From an uncultured Acidobacteriota bacterium (GTDB lineage Bacteria > Acidobacteriota > Terriglobia > UBA7540): 64,000 nt of DNA. Under the pieces are notes generated by a model, which was not told where the DNA came from, ran no database searches, and saw only the letters and a program-made list of their open reading frames with translations. The DNA lies in NCBI GenBank assembly GCA_963804995.1, contig CAWDSK010000003.1:1248001-1312000 (forward strand), given 5' to 3'. Every line of letters begins with the position of its first letter. Within the stretch, counting starts at the first letter, position 1. This document shows, in pieces, positions 41,667-53,059 of this stretch. A program made the position numbers and the translations under genes.

Positions 41667-42700
41667 AAATGACAGCGCACCAATACATAGTTCGGGACAC
41701 GGGCGCCGTCCGCACCGAACAACTCCAGGGTGACCGCCTGGTAGCCTGGCTTTACTCGCCCACGCTAGAGCGCTCACCCGCACTGTTTCGCCTCCTGACT
41801 GGCCGCGTATCTTCCAAGCTGCAGGCGTTCCTGCATTATGACACGGTGCTGGGATCTCATTGGGGCGGTACGCTGGGCTTTTTGCGGCGGCAGGGCATGG
41901 ATTTTGCGGAGTGCGTTGAGCCTGCAGGTAGCTTGCGAACTGCACGTCAGATCTTCGAACGGCAGATCCGCTACTGGCAGTGCCGCCCCATGTCCGATGA
42001 TCCGAAGGTCGTAGCCTCTCCGGCTGACTCCCGCCTACTCGTGGGCTCGCTGGCTGAAGCCTCCGGACTTTGGGTGAAAGGTAAGTTTTTCGACCTGGCA
42101 GAGTTGCTGGGGCGCGACCATCCTCATCGGCGTGCTTTCGAGGGGGGCGACTTCGCTGTGTTCCGGTTGACCCCCGACAAATACCACTACAACCACGTTC
42201 CCGCCGCTGGCGAAGTCGTCGACTTCTACGAGACCCCGGGCCTGTATCACTCGTGCAATCCGGGCGCTGTAGTCAGAGCCATCACACCGTTCTCCAAGAA
42301 CAAGCGGGTGGTGACGATTCTCGATACTGACGTGACCGGCGGCGCCGGGATTGGCTTGGTTGCCATGATCGAAGTGGCCGCCTTGATGATCGGTGAGGTT
42401 GTGCAATGCTACAGTGCTCATCAGTACTGTTCACCCCGGCCGGTTGAGCGCGGCATGTTTCTTGAGAAAGGCCAGCCCAAGAGCCTCTATCGGCCGGGTG
42501 GCAGCACCGACGTGCTGCTCTTCCAACCGAACCGCATCGACTTTGCTGCTGATCTCGTCGCCAACCTTCATCGAACAGATGTTCAAAGCCGCTTCTCACA
42601 GGGTTTCGGCCGCACTCTGGTGGAAACCGACGTGAAGGTGCGGTCGCCGATCGCCACTCGCCAGGCCACAATAGGGGAATGTGACACACCCCTGCTTTGA
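41663..42700 (+). CDS. psd: Phosphatidylserine decarboxylase family protein
   Basis: FERQIR, SPADSR, VKGKFFDL, FRLTPDKYHYNHVP, NKRVV, GGST self-cleavage motif. Confidence 0.85.
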   Translation: MKMTAHQYIVRDTGAVRTEQLQGDRLVAWLYSPTLERSPALFRLLTGRVSSKLQAFLHYDTVLGSHWGGTLGFLRRQGMDFAECVEPAGSLRTARQIFERQIRYWQCRPMSDDPKVVASPADSRLLVGSLAEASGLWVKGKFFDLAELLGRDHPHRRAFEGGDFAVFRLTPDKYHYNHVPAAGEVVDFYETPGLYHSCNPGAVVRAITPFSKNKRVVTILDTDVTGGAGIGLVAMIEVAALMIGEVVQCYSAHQYCSPRPVERGMFLEKGQPKSLYRPGGSTDVLLFQPNRIDFAADLVANLHRTDVQSRFSQGFGRTLVETDVKVRSPIATRQATIGECDTPLL

Positions 42701-42711
42701 GGAGGCCTGTC

Positions 42712-43764
42712 ATGGCGAACTTCCTGTTTGAGGCCGCTCTGGGAGGGTTTTTCACTGCTCTGCTGGGTTGGGGCTTCCGCTTTCTGCCGGGAGAGAACTG
42801 GCAGATTTTCGCCGCCGTGCCCCGAGTGAAAGATGCCACCGGCCACTGGACGGGCCTCAACCTCACTTACTACGGCGTCCTGGTCGCCGCCGCTTACGTG
42901 CTGGGTACAGCCGTGATGTTCGTGCTGATGGGCTCTATCGGCATCCCCCCGTGGGGAACCTTCGCCCTCACGGCTTTCATCATCGCTGTCTGCGCGCCGG
43001 CCGCGCGCCTTATCGCCCGCCTGGTGGAGAAGAAGCGCTATACCTTCACGGTGGGGGGCGCGTCGTTTGTGGGCATCCTGATCCTGCCCTGGGTGATTTC
43101 TGCGCTCAACGCCCTCACCGCATGGCGATGGGGTTTCCGCATTCCACTGGTCGGCGCCTTGGCCGCGGTCTCGATCGCTTACGCCTTTGGTGAGGGTGCG
43201 GGCCGGCTCGCCTGCATAAGCTATGGTTGCTGCTATGGCAAGCCTCTTACTCAGATGTCTCCGCTGCTACAAAAGCTTTTCGAACGCGCTCATTTCGTCT
43301 TCGCTGGCAAGACCAAGAAAATCGCTTACGAAGCCGGGCTGGACGGTGAGTGTGTGGTCCCGGTGCAGGCGCTCAGCGCCGTCCTCTCTGTGGCTGCCGG
43401 ACTTGCCGGCACCGCGCTCTTTCTCGCCGGGCATCCCTGGGCAGCTTTGTGTCTCTCGCTGATCTTGACGCAAGCCTGGCGCTCAATTTCCGAGAGCCTG
43501 CGCGCCGACTACCGTGGAAGCGGAAAAACTTCCGCCTATCAGGTTATGGCAATCGCAGGAATTGTCTATCTGCTGCTGGTCGTTGCGCTCCTTCCCACGG
43601 CACCCACTCCTGAGCCGCAAGTTGTGACCGGCCTGCGCACACTTTGGAATCCAATCATGATTCTTTTCCTCGAACTCGCCTGGCTCGGGATGTTCCTCTA
43701 CACGGGGCGCAGCAGCGTGACGGGTTCCTCCCTCGCCTTTTACGTCCACCGAGAGCGTATCTGA
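42712..43764 (+). CDS. Prolipoprotein diacylglyceryl transferase (Lgt)-like membrane protein
   Basis: Multiple TM helices, TYYGVL, GRLACISYGCCYG, ESLRAD. Confidence 0.7.
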   Translation: MANFLFEAALGGFFTALLGWGFRFLPGENWQIFAAVPRVKDATGHWTGLNLTYYGVLVAAAYVLGTAVMFVLMGSIGIPPWGTFALTAFIIAVCAPAARLIARLVEKKRYTFTVGGASFVGILILPWVISALNALTAWRWGFRIPLVGALAAVSIAYAFGEGAGRLACISYGCCYGKPLTQMSPLLQKLFERAHFVFAGKTKKIAYEAGLDGECVVPVQALSAVLSVAAGLAGTALFLAGHPWAALCLSLILTQAWRSISESLRADYRGSGKTSAYQVMAIAGIVYLLLVVALLPTAPTPEPQVVTGLRTLWNPIMILFLELAWLGMFLYTGRSSVTGSSLAFYVHRERI

Positions 43765-43860
43765 TTCCCTGGCTCGTGTCGCGAACACCCAACACAAGAA
43801 TACTATAATCAAGTTTGCCCATAAGTTCACAGGACAGAGATGCCTCTGTAACGAACCGCT

Positions 43861-44733
43861 GTGATACTCGTCCTGCAGGCACGGATCCGGTTGCCTGCGG
43901 TTTCAGCCGTTTTTGATTGCGGAGACTCAATTAGGAGCCATCCTCAGCCGGCGCGGCGAGTTCTGCCGCGCACCTTTGAGGTCGCTTTCCCAACGATGCA
44001 CAGATTTCCCCCGGCGACGCCCAGCACTAATCCCACCTGGGGCTGCCCGCGAATTGCTCAACAGATTGCCTGGGCGTTCGACATCCCCATCGACAAAGAC
44101 GTGGTTCGAAGGATTCTCGCCCGTCACCACCGACCGGGACAGGGCTCTGGTGGTCCATCCTGGCTGACCTTCATTGGACACCTGAAGGACAGCCTCTGGA
44201 GTCTGGATCTGTTCAGGTGCGAATCGGCCACGTTGCGGACCCACTGGGTCCTGGTCGTCATGGATCAGTACACTCGTCGGATCATTGGGTTCGGCGTCCA
44301 TGCCGGAACCGTCGATGGTGTCGGGTTTTGCCGGATGTTCAACCGCGCGATTCGATGGCAACGCTGGATGCCGAAGTACCTTAGCTGCGACCACGATCCC
44401 CTTTATCGGTTTCATCAATGGCAAGCCAATCTGTGCATCCTGGAGGTGGCCGAAATCAAGACCGTGCCCTACGTCCCCTCGTCCCATCCCTTTGTGGAGC
44501 GGTTGGTCGGCACCCTCCGCCGAGAGTGCTTGGATCATACGCTGTTTTGGACAACTGCCGATCTCGAAAGCAAGCTGCTCGATTTCAAAACCTATTTTAA
44601 CCATCATTGCACCCATAACGCACGGGCGGGGAGACCACCAGACAACGTGCCGACTCGGCCGGCCGCGAACCTTCAATCTTCTCGATGGGAATCTCACTGC
44701 CGAGGACTGTATCAAACACCGATGGCGGCTTAA
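43861..44733 (+). pseudogene. Integrase-core (DDE/rve) transposase remnant
   Basis: NPTWGCPRI, WSLDLF, LSCDHD, ERLVGTLRRECLDH, CRGLYQTP; degenerate 5' end. Confidence 0.8.
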
Positions 44734-45177
44734 TCCCCCACAGACTCTGGTCGCTGTCGTAGGCCCGAGAACTTGGCACTGCCAGACTTCCTGATTCCGT
44801 CTCTGGATCAGAGAAGCCCGTTCGCCGATTGGACCGTGTCGCCGCGAGGCATTCCCGTCATTCGAGGTTTCTCAGCTTCCGCCATCGCCTAAGAAACAGG
44901 CTTCAATATCAATTCGCCAGCCCACAGTCCTTTCTCATGTGCGATACCCCTGGCGGCAACCGCACTTCTTCAATCTAGCAACTTCCCACTTTGTGCAACT
45001 CGTTCTCCATCCTGCCCCCGGGGGACCAGCCTATGCGTATGAGTCTTGCCGGAATCGGCGAACTTACCGATGACACGTTATTCTTAATTTACCCTGCTGC
45101 GCACCCTGCCAACCCAAACTTCCTCCGATGGGATTCTGGAGATCCACTCCGCTTAATAGCGTAGTTTGCGGACCGAC

Positions 45178-46569
45178 TCACGCCTTGGCAAGGTAAGATT
45201 CGAATTGCTTCTGCCAAGCTTGGGGTGTGGTGTGAATGGCGCGGCCGAGGAAGGAAGACCGAAGGCGGACGAGCTCGGGCAACTTGCGGCAGGCGATAGC
45301 ATAGCGGCGGAAGCGCGGCTGGATTTGGAGGGAATCGTCAGACAGGTAAATGGGCTCACGGCGGAAGTTGAGGAGGACGATCGCCCGATTCAGTTGACGA
45401 ATGGTGGCTTCGATCAGGGTTGGACCTTTCGAAGGGTCCTGCAACTGCGCTGCTTCGGCCAAAGGCACGAGACGAAAGAAATACGTGGCCCGCCCCGAGC
45501 GCGAGGTAGCCTCCCAGGCCACGAGGTTGCCAGGTGACTTCGCGCCGGGTTTTGCGGCCAGCGGCATGAAGAACCAGTGCAGTATGGGGCTTGCTTCCTC
45601 GTTGTGGCTTGGCTCCGGTTCGGGTTCCACACGAGGCGCGGCTTCCTTTTCGGCGCCCGGGGTTGTCTCTTCTGCCGTTGCTTCAGACGCCCCGGTGGTT
45701 TCGGCATCTTCCTCCTGCTCCGCTTGCTCCTCCTCTTTGCGCAGCAGCTTGAAGCCTGCGTAATAGTTCCCGGCCGGTACGTAAGCGAGCAGGGCGTCGA
45801 AATACGGCTTGAGCTTTGCATCCACGGCGTTGGTCCAAAGTGCTTGCTCCGTCTTGGGATGGATGGCGCGAAGCGACGCAAGCGGCGCAGCGCGGCCTTC
45901 TTGCGAAAGCGTTGCGGTCTGCTGGAACTGATCGGGGCTGAGGAAAGGGAACAGGTTGTGAAGGGTCTCGGCGCCTTGCTGGGCAAGTTCCTCCGTGGCG
46001 GTCGCCAGCCGTTGGCGAAATTCCTCTGTGCGCTTGGCGAGCTTGGTGGCCATAAGGCGCTCGCCCGAAGACTCCACCGTCACAGTCCAGGTGGATTCGT
46101 CAAAACGCACCGCATCGATATCGGCCAGGCGCCATTGCAGACCGGCAGACTGAGTGGGCAACACGGCGAGATTACTTCTATACAAGCGGAATTCCGCAGG
46201 ACTCAAAAAAGTCCGCGCCGGCGATTCCAACTGCGCGCAGCCGTCAAAGCGCGCGATTTCCTCCAGATCCTCCAGCAACATGCACTGGAGTAGACGCTGG
46301 CGGTAGGCTTCTAGCAGGTCGTGGCAGAGGTTCTGGAAGGTCTTACCGAACTGATTGAGGACAATTCTCTTGCCCGTGTAGAGGGTCAGGGTCAGTTCGT
46401 AGTCGCCGGGGAGAAAAACATCGATGTCGCCCAGGTCGAGAGCCAGCGGCGTGCCCGAAGCCGGCGTGAGGATGAAGGTCTCGGCTTCAACCGACACCCG
46501 GCATGGTCCTGCCTGCAGGGCGGCGCCATCGGGACCTGCGTACTGAAACTTACCAGAGAAATTGGGCAT
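45178..46569 (-). CDS. Hypothetical protein with acidic linker
   Basis: Long ORF directly downstream of the zinc-ribbon gene; start placed at MPNFSGKF. Confidence 0.7.
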   Translation of the reverse strand: MPNFSGKFQYAGPDGAALQAGPCRVSVEAETFILTPASGTPLALDLGDIDVFLPGDYELTLTLYTGKRIVLNQFGKTFQNLCHDLLEAYRQRLLQCMLLEDLEEIARFDGCAQLESPARTFLSPAEFRLYRSNLAVLPTQSAGLQWRLADIDAVRFDESTWTVTVESSGERLMATKLAKRTEEFRQRLATATEELAQQGAETLHNLFPFLSPDQFQQTATLSQEGRAAPLASLRAIHPKTEQALWTNAVDAKLKPYFDALLAYVPAGNYYAGFKLLRKEEEQAEQEEDAETTGASEATAEETTPGAEKEAAPRVEPEPEPSHNEEASPILHWFFMPLAAKPGAKSPGNLVAWEATSRSGRATYFFRLVPLAEAAQLQDPSKGPTLIEATIRQLNRAIVLLNFRREPIYLSDDSLQIQPRFRRYAIACRKLPELVRLRSSFLGRAIHTTPQAWQKQFESYLAKA

Positions 46570-46574
46570 GTGCT

Positions 46575-47207
46575 TCAGGCGATCTTCTGGCCGCACTCCG
46601 GGCAGAACTTGGCGCCCGCTTCAACCTTGGTTCCACAGCGCGGACACTCACTCTTGGCGCGCAGCGGCTTGCCGCACTCGGGGCAGAACTTCGCGCCTTG
46701 GGTGCGTGCGCCGCAATTGGGGCAGAGCGCGGCGGCTTCGGAGGTCAGGTCAAGATCTTTGGTCAAATCCTGCTGCCGGAGCTTGTCGTGCATCTGCTCC
46801 ACGGCGATTTGCGACTGTGCCGCAGCAATTTCGGTTTCAATATTGGGGGCGCAGTCGTAGCAAAGGCCGCGCTTCTGGTTCCAGCACATGGTGAGACAGG
46901 CCCACTTGGCGCACTTAGGACACTGACGGAAGTTCGGCTTCGCTTCCTCGACGGCTTCGTGAAAAGCCTTGTCGTGCCCTGGACCCTGGATGGCGCGTTC
47001 AATTTCGTACGCGCCTGAGCTGGCACGGCTGAAGACGCCCCCGAACAGATCGCCGGCAGCACGCAGCGCGCTTTCCGCGTATCCCGTCAAAGCGGGCTTA
47101 AAGGCGCTCATAAATCCGTTCCCGCAGCGGTCGCAGAAAAACTCGAATTGATATCCCTTGTCCGTAGAATGGTCAGAATGGTTCTTTGTGAATTGAATCA
47201 AGGCCAT
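46575..47207 (-). CDS. Zinc-ribbon (double zinc ribbon) domain protein
   Basis: CDRC, CPKC..C..C..CYDC, CPNC..KFCPECG, CPRC..KFCPECG. Confidence 0.85.
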   Translation of the reverse strand: MALIQFTKNHSDHSTDKGYQFEFFCDRCGNGFMSAFKPALTGYAESALRAAGDLFGGVFSRASSGAYEIERAIQGPGHDKAFHEAVEEAKPNFRQCPKCAKWACLTMCWNQKRGLCYDCAPNIETEIAAAQSQIAVEQMHDKLRQQDLTKDLDLTSEAAALCPNCGARTQGAKFCPECGKPLRAKSECPRCGTKVEAGAKFCPECGQKIA

Positions 47208-47386
47208 GGAAAATCTCCGTTGGGTCTCCGAGGTCTCATTGCCACATCACGTGACGGCATTGTAGTTCCATTGACGGTGAGCATTCAACCTCGTTCTGGT
47301 CTTCCAGAGATCAAGCGGCGATCCCGATCAAGAAACTCGGAACAGGTTTTCACATTGCCACCATGACGCTTGCCCGCGCCTTCCCT

Positions 47387-48391
47387 CTATTGCCACCAAT
47401 CGAACTTCCCGCTGCCATCAGCCTCGATTTCTAGTACTAAGACTTTTTCGGGCTTGTCACCACATTTGCAATCAACCTGTCCTGAGTAGACAGGTTGCAA
47501 ATTGCTGCCCGCGGGCGGGTTCGTGACTTTCACCTGCATCACAAACTGTGCCTGGGGATTATCAATGCGCAGAACACCGTCTTTGACTTGCGCAGAAAGA
47601 TCCTGACCACCAATAGCGGGCGCATACTCTTTAAGCGGCGCCATGGTAGCGCTGAGCATGACTCGGAAGATGACGTGGCAGGCGGAGGGCGTGGTCACCC
47701 CTGCACCGCCTGGAGCTGGGGGAGCCGCTCCCGTATCAGGTTTGAAATCCGTCGCTGCGGAGACCAGCTTGGCGACCAAATCATTCAAGGCGTTTTGGGT
47801 TGCCTTACCCAGAGCTGTTTTCTGGAAGTCGCCACCGTCCATGTCCATGGAGCCGTAATTCGTGCTGAGGTTGGGAGAAATCTTTCCTTCGTGGTCTTTT
47901 CCGGTAACACGCAGCGAAGTAAGTTTCACGCCGCGCCCCACATCGACAACGTCCGCCTGCAACCCTACGGTGGCATCCTGGCTTTTGCTTCGGCCGCCCA
48001 GGCTGATGCCGCCAAAGCTCGGGCCGCTCATGCCTCCTTCTTCCTCCTGCACATCCGCCTGCAAGAGTGACCCCATCACTACGAGATCGCTCTTAAAGAA
48101 CTTGCCCAGCTTGACGGCATAAGTAATATCCACATCGGTTTGATCTGGGTTATCACCACCCAACTTCAGCAAGCGGGGCGTAAGATTGGTGCCATTCAGC
48201 AGGGCAGCCTGGAGTTGCTTTGCGAGGACATCTTTCAACTGCCCGCCGTATTCGCTGCCGCTAGTGTCCAGAAAAGGCAGCAGGCCGATCGTGTACCTGG
48301 GCCCAGTGGGCGTCTTATCCTTGGCTGCCAGCGTCACGGCCAGCATCATCACGACAAGCGCCGGACCCACCAAACGAATATTCTTGCTCAT
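47387..48391 (-). CDS. Secreted CsgG/HfaB/FlgT-like protein
   Basis: Signal peptide, TIGLLPFLD, AVKLGK..DLVVMGS, ADVVDVGRG, ALGKATQNAL. Confidence 0.6.
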   Translation of the reverse strand: MSKNIRLVGPALVVMMLAVTLAAKDKTPTGPRYTIGLLPFLDTSGSEYGGQLKDVLAKQLQAALLNGTNLTPRLLKLGGDNPDQTDVDITYAVKLGKFFKSDLVVMGSLLQADVQEEEGGMSGPSFGGISLGGRSKSQDATVGLQADVVDVGRGVKLTSLRVTGKDHEGKISPNLSTNYGSMDMDGGDFQKTALGKATQNALNDLVAKLVSAATDFKPDTGAAPPAPGGAGVTTPSACHVIFRVMLSATMAPLKEYAPAIGGQDLSAQVKDGVLRIDNPQAQFVMQVKVTNPPAGSNLQPVYSGQVDCKCGDKPEKVLVLEIEADGSGKFDWWQ

Positions 48392-48427
48392 GTTACCCTC
48401 CCCAAAGAAATCATTCCGCAATAACGG

Positions 48428-50917
48428 TCAGTCGTCCGTAATGTTGCTACTTGCCCAGGCAGTGCCTTCCACGGACGATTCCTGCGAGCAACCCACACCT
48501 ATCTCTCCCTGTCCTTCTCCCAACTCTTCCTTAGCTGCGGTTGCGACTTCGGCCTTGACCTCCCATTTCATCCCGAACCCGCAATGGCTGTTGACGACGA
48601 GTTGAAACGAAGCCTTCGGTGTTATCTCTCCTCCCGCCGTTTCAGCCTTCGGCCCATTGGCTTCGATAACACCTAGCCCGAAGGTCTCATCCCCGGCAAT
48701 CGGATTACGTTCCATCGAAAACCCGAAATTGAGGACTTTGGCTTGCGCCTGGATGCTGCCGGGTGTTTCTCCCTCTTCACTTCCTCCTTCCTCTCCGGCC
48801 GCAGCGCATCCTGCCTTGGCCTCTGTTTTCATGGCCTCTTCGAGTTCGCCGGGCTTGCCGTAGTTGGCCTCAATCTTGATCTCGCCAATGTCCAAGCCCC
48901 CGGGCGTTGAGATCTTGGCGTTGGCCTCGATGACGCTTCCGTTACCCTTGATCTCAACGGGTCCTGCCGAAACACCACACTTTAGTTTTTCGAACTTCGG
49001 GTCAATCGTCGCGGATGTCGCCTCGGGCTCCTTGCTGCAGTAGATTTTGCACCCCTTCACCATGTTGAACTTGCGGTCGGTCTTGTAAATCAACGTCTCG
49101 TAATTCATATCGCTGACGTTGTTGTGGCTGGTGGCCTCCATGGTCCACTCGTTTCCCCGCTTGCCAATCTTCAAAATGCCGGGTTGGCCGGGATGGTCGG
49201 GGGGAGGCGGAAAAACGTTCCAACCGTAGAGTTTCTGGAGCATGTAAACGTTTAACAGGTACATGGCTTTCTCTGGCCGTCCGCCGATGTACACCGTTCC
49301 GTCGGGGGTGACGGTTCCCTCAATCTTGAACTTGCGGATACGATAACCGCCCTGGAAGGTCGCGAAGAAACCTCCCGGTGGCAGCGGAATCGGTGACATC
49401 ATCATCACCGGGTTGTCCCCCTTCCCGTAGAACACGTAAACGGCTTCACCCTGGCCCTTGATTTTGCCCTTCTCATTGACATCGAAACTGAGCTTCTGCG
49501 CGTAATGGCAGATGTTCTCCTTCACCATGGTCATGGCCATGCCCGAGCCGAACTTGCGCGTGCGGTGGATACAACCGGTTACTTTCTCCCCTTCCCAGTG
49601 ACCCACCCAATCTCCTGCTGTTTTGCTCAGTTCCACCAGGGGCTTGGAGTTCGAGGTGAAGGTGTATGGTTCCGGCGGTTTTTGATCGTGGGCGCGATCG
49701 CGTTTCCCAATCTGCCCGATGATGGTAGCGTCAGGATCAGCGTCAGCAATGTTGTCCTTGCCCTCGTCCTCATTACCTGCCACAGGCTTAAGATCCTCGC
49801 GTGTCTCCGGTGGAATCACGTCCGGGGGAGGTGGCTGATCTTGCGGTGGCTGTTGGCCGGGCGGTTCCTGCTTGGGTGTCTCGGTCGGCTTTGGGGCTTG
49901 GGGGTTCAGAATGAATGTCATGCCTTTATCCGTGGCCGCGGCGCAATAGTTCTTGCCTTCTGCCTCCTTGTGTTCAGCCCACAGGATTTTGCAGAGGCTC
50001 CACAGGTACTCCGGCTCAGGGTTCAGCGCCACCGCTCTCCTTTCCGCCATTTCAGCTTCCTCCAGGTGGCTTGCCTGATAATTGGCGTAGGCGAGATTGT
50101 TCAGAATGAAGTGGTTCTGCGGTGAGAGGAGGCGCGCGGCCAACAGGATGATGCGGGCGTCATCGTAGTCCGCATCGAGGTTCAGCACGTGTCCGAAATT
50201 GTTCAGGATGTGCGGGTCCGGCAACAACTTCGCGGCATGTGCCATCGCCCAAACCGCCTCAGGAACCTGGCCCGCAAAATCCAGGGCGGTGCCCAGCCGC
50301 ATGTATTGGGCGGCTTCGTTTGGTCCCGGAGTAATAGATGTGACCAGGTAGGTCCGAACGGCAGATGGAACGCGCAGATCCATTTGCAGGATAATTCTGT
50401 CGATCAACTGAGTGACTTCCGGCGAGACCTGGGGTGGCGGGGGATGCCAAACCTGCCAGGCCGAAGTTCCCACGCCTCCACTCATCAACTTAAATGGCAG
50501 CGTCAATTGGCTGGAGGTGAGCATTACGGGCTTCGCAGCCACGAACTTCGCCATCCGGGGGAGAACGAAGCGCTCGAGCGTTCCGGCATGAAACTCATAC
50601 GACCCGCGATCCTCGTAAGCCATCTGAGGAGGATCAGAGACCAGAACGACGCTGCCGTTCGAAAACGTCAGCAATATCTTCAAGCCCGTCGGCGGGCTGG
50701 CGCCGTCTGAATCCTTAAGGAACGTGTAAGTGCCGTCGAGTTGGGTCGCTTGGGGGGAAGGTGCGGAGAGCCCAGGTAGGGGCGCTCCGGCGTGAGTGAA
50801 CTCTGCCACCATCATCAGGCAGACAAGTGCACCCCCGGCCCGAAGCCTTGCAAATGGTGTGTTCTGTGGCATCGTAACCCTGGAAAATACGCCGGCTCGA
50901 TAAAAAACTGCGGACAA
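48428..50917 (-). CDS. Secreted TPR-containing protein (start uncertain)
   Basis: ILNNFGHVL / ILNNLAYA TPR-like repeats, Pro-rich linker, Cys-containing C-terminal region. Confidence 0.7.
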   Translation of the reverse strand: MSAVFYRAGVFSRVTMPQNTPFARLRAGGALVCLMMVAEFTHAGAPLPGLSAPSPQATQLDGTYTFLKDSDGASPPTGLKILLTFSNGSVVLVSDPPQMAYEDRGSYEFHAGTLERFVLPRMAKFVAAKPVMLTSSQLTLPFKLMSGGVGTSAWQVWHPPPPQVSPEVTQLIDRIILQMDLRVPSAVRTYLVTSITPGPNEAAQYMRLGTALDFAGQVPEAVWAMAHAAKLLPDPHILNNFGHVLNLDADYDDARIILLAARLLSPQNHFILNNLAYANYQASHLEEAEMAERRAVALNPEPEYLWSLCKILWAEHKEAEGKNYCAAATDKGMTFILNPQAPKPTETPKQEPPGQQPPQDQPPPPDVIPPETREDLKPVAGNEDEGKDNIADADPDATIIGQIGKRDRAHDQKPPEPYTFTSNSKPLVELSKTAGDWVGHWEGEKVTGCIHRTRKFGSGMAMTMVKENICHYAQKLSFDVNEKGKIKGQGEAVYVFYGKGDNPVMMMSPIPLPPGGFFATFQGGYRIRKFKIEGTVTPDGTVYIGGRPEKAMYLLNVYMLQKLYGWNVFPPPPDHPGQPGILKIGKRGNEWTMEATSHNNVSDMNYETLIYKTDRKFNMVKGCKIYCSKEPEATSATIDPKFEKLKCGVSAGPVEIKGNGSVIEANAKISTPGGLDIGEIKIEANYGKPGELEEAMKTEAKAGCAAAGEEGGSEEGETPGSIQAQAKVLNFGFSMERNPIAGDETFGLGVIEANGPKAETAGGEITPKASFQLVVNSHCGFGMKWEVKAEVATAAKEELGEGQGEIGVGCSQESSVEGTAWASSNITDD

Positions 50918-51385
50918 TTTCCTTGGCCAGCTCTGCCCGCATGCATCATTTCGGCCATCGCATTTCTCCTGATCCCCTTGGGGATGACGCCATCAATGCT
51001 TTACTAGATTTCGCGTGTAGGCATTCTAAATCTCACCACGCGCCGAGTCAAAAGGTAAAAAGCGGTGGGTAGCGTAAACACCTTTGTGCAAACCGGCGCT
51101 TTTGCCGTATCCGCGTCAGCGCAATCGCCAACCGCGCCTAATCCCGTCCCTCCGGCTTGTCCCTCCATGGAAGCAATTCCACGGTCACGAAGATGTGGCT
51201 GCCACAAAAGAAAGGGCGGCGCGAAGCATGGATTCGTGGCCCGTACACTCGGGGTCACTGCGGCTCAGTTGCGTTCACGGGAATGGGGGAGTAGGATGGC
51301 CGGGAATCTGTTTCTTCTTGAATTGATCGTCCGAAAACCACAACTGCAAGAACGCGCACCTGGCGAGTCTTGCGGAGGAGGACAC

Positions 51386-52129
51386 ATGTTGAAAACGAAA
51401 AAGTGGCCGACTCTTTTAGAGCGCCGCTGGATTATCGGGATGGCCTGCCTCGCGGTGGCGGGATTGCTAGCGGGCTGCCAGAAAAGTGCCCCGCGCACCG
51501 CCACGACGCAAGCGACCGCGACGCAAGAGGCTTCCCGCCCGACGGTCAACACGGTACCAGAAAGACTGCGCAAGAGCATCAAAATCCTGACGGCTGCGAT
51601 GGAGCACCCCAAAACGCCGTTCCACTATTCCTACAAGGGCCAGCAGAACGTGACCGAGCACTATGCCTTCAACAAGACCCTCAAGCCACAAGTGGGCGCC
51701 GTGACTCTGGAGGCGGACGTCTCTCCCGACGAGATGATCATCACCTCCATGTGGGGAGGAAAGAAGGAAGATCATAACGCCAAGAAGAGCGACGAATTTG
51801 GTTGGGGGGGAGCGCAGTTAAGCCTGATGGCGAACGTGACCGAACCTGCGCAGTGGATCGACGTGCTAGCTGGCTTTGCTACAGAGGCTGGCTCCGACAC
51901 GGTGGGCGGAGTTGCCGCAGACAAGTTCACCTTTGACTCGTCCACCGTCACCGCCGCACAGAAGTTTGAATATGACGCCGTAATGCCCTCACTATGTAAG
52001 GCAATCAAGGTCGCGGCGTGGGTCGCCAAGGACTCCGGCGAGCTCGTGAAATTCAATATCGACGAGTCGATAGCCGATGAGAGAGGCGCTTGGGATGAGC
52101 ACCGCGAAGGAGAAATAACGCCCAAATGA
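51386..52129 (+). CDS. Lipoprotein, unknown function
   Basis: GGAGGAGG RBS; lipobox LLAGC. Confidence 0.75.
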   Translation: MLKTKKWPTLLERRWIIGMACLAVAGLLAGCQKSAPRTATTQATATQEASRPTVNTVPERLRKSIKILTAAMEHPKTPFHYSYKGQQNVTEHYAFNKTLKPQVGAVTLEADVSPDEMIITSMWGGKKEDHNAKKSDEFGWGGAQLSLMANVTEPAQWIDVLAGFATEAGSDTVGGVAADKFTFDSSTVTAAQKFEYDAVMPSLCKAIKVAAWVAKDSGELVKFNIDESIADERGAWDEHREGEITPK

Positions 52130-52234
52130 TTCCTCGCCAACTCTTCGCAGCCGGGGGCGAGAGCCGGATGCGGGAAATCCGCATTTACATGCGCACGGTT
52201 TCTTTCCAGAAGGACGCTAAGAGGAGGAGATAAC

Positions 52235-52831
52235 ATGAAAAGAATAGCCGTATTTCTTGGATTGTGGATGGTCATTAGCGGGTTTTGCACCTTGGCGGCG
52301 CAAAACAAAAAATATGCCATCAAGTCGGGCATCGTCACCTTCAATTCGGCCCAGAAGGTGGGAGATATTGAAAATAAAGAAAAGTACATAGTCTATTTCG
52401 ATGATTTTGGTAAAAAGGAATGCCGGGACACTTACCATGGCGAGACCCTAATAAGCTCGTATTTCAGCGATGGAAAGGAATGGTACATCGTAGATTACGG
52501 GAAAAAAACTGGCACCAAAACCTTTAACAAAGGGCCGTACTCCCCGGGGACAGAGATAAGGTATGATTGGAACAGCGTAGCCGACCGTGATAAACAATCG
52601 GGGAAGGCAAAAAAAATCGCCAACATGACTATTGCCGGTAAGAGCTGTGAAGCTTATGAATTGATCGCCGGCGATACAACCACCCAATATGCCGGATGGA
52701 ATAGTATTCTCCTGTATCTGAATGTGATTTCAAAAAGCGTCACATCCACGACAAAAGCAATCAAGATTGAAGAAAACGCAGCGGTTTCAGCGGATAAATT
52801 TAAGATCCCGGCCGGGTTTACGGTGAAATAG
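52235..52831 (+). CDS. Secreted hypothetical protein (AT-rich gene)
   Basis: GAGGAGGAG RBS, signal peptide, KKYAIKSGIV..YFDDFGKKE..TIAGKSC..KFKIPAG. Confidence 0.8.
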   Translation: MKRIAVFLGLWMVISGFCTLAAQNKKYAIKSGIVTFNSAQKVGDIENKEKYIVYFDDFGKKECRDTYHGETLISSYFSDGKEWYIVDYGKKTGTKTFNKGPYSPGTEIRYDWNSVADRDKQSGKAKKIANMTIAGKSCEAYELIAGDTTTQYAGWNSILLYLNVISKSVTSTTKAIKIEENAAVSADKFKIPAGFTVK

Positions 52832-53059
52832 TTTCAAGCAGGTGACGCGGCGCTATCCGTCGGCTGACGGACAGCTCCGCGGCTTTTCGCCCATGGATGT
52901 TAATGGATATTCCAAGGTCACCATATTAGGAACCGCTGAGTAGGGCAAACTGTGCCTGACACTGACTACCTGTTTAATTGAACGTGGCATCGTTCTTGGA
53001 CAAACTGCGCTCGGAGTATCACTAGAGGTTTTTGAAATTTCCATAAAGGGAGGATTCCC

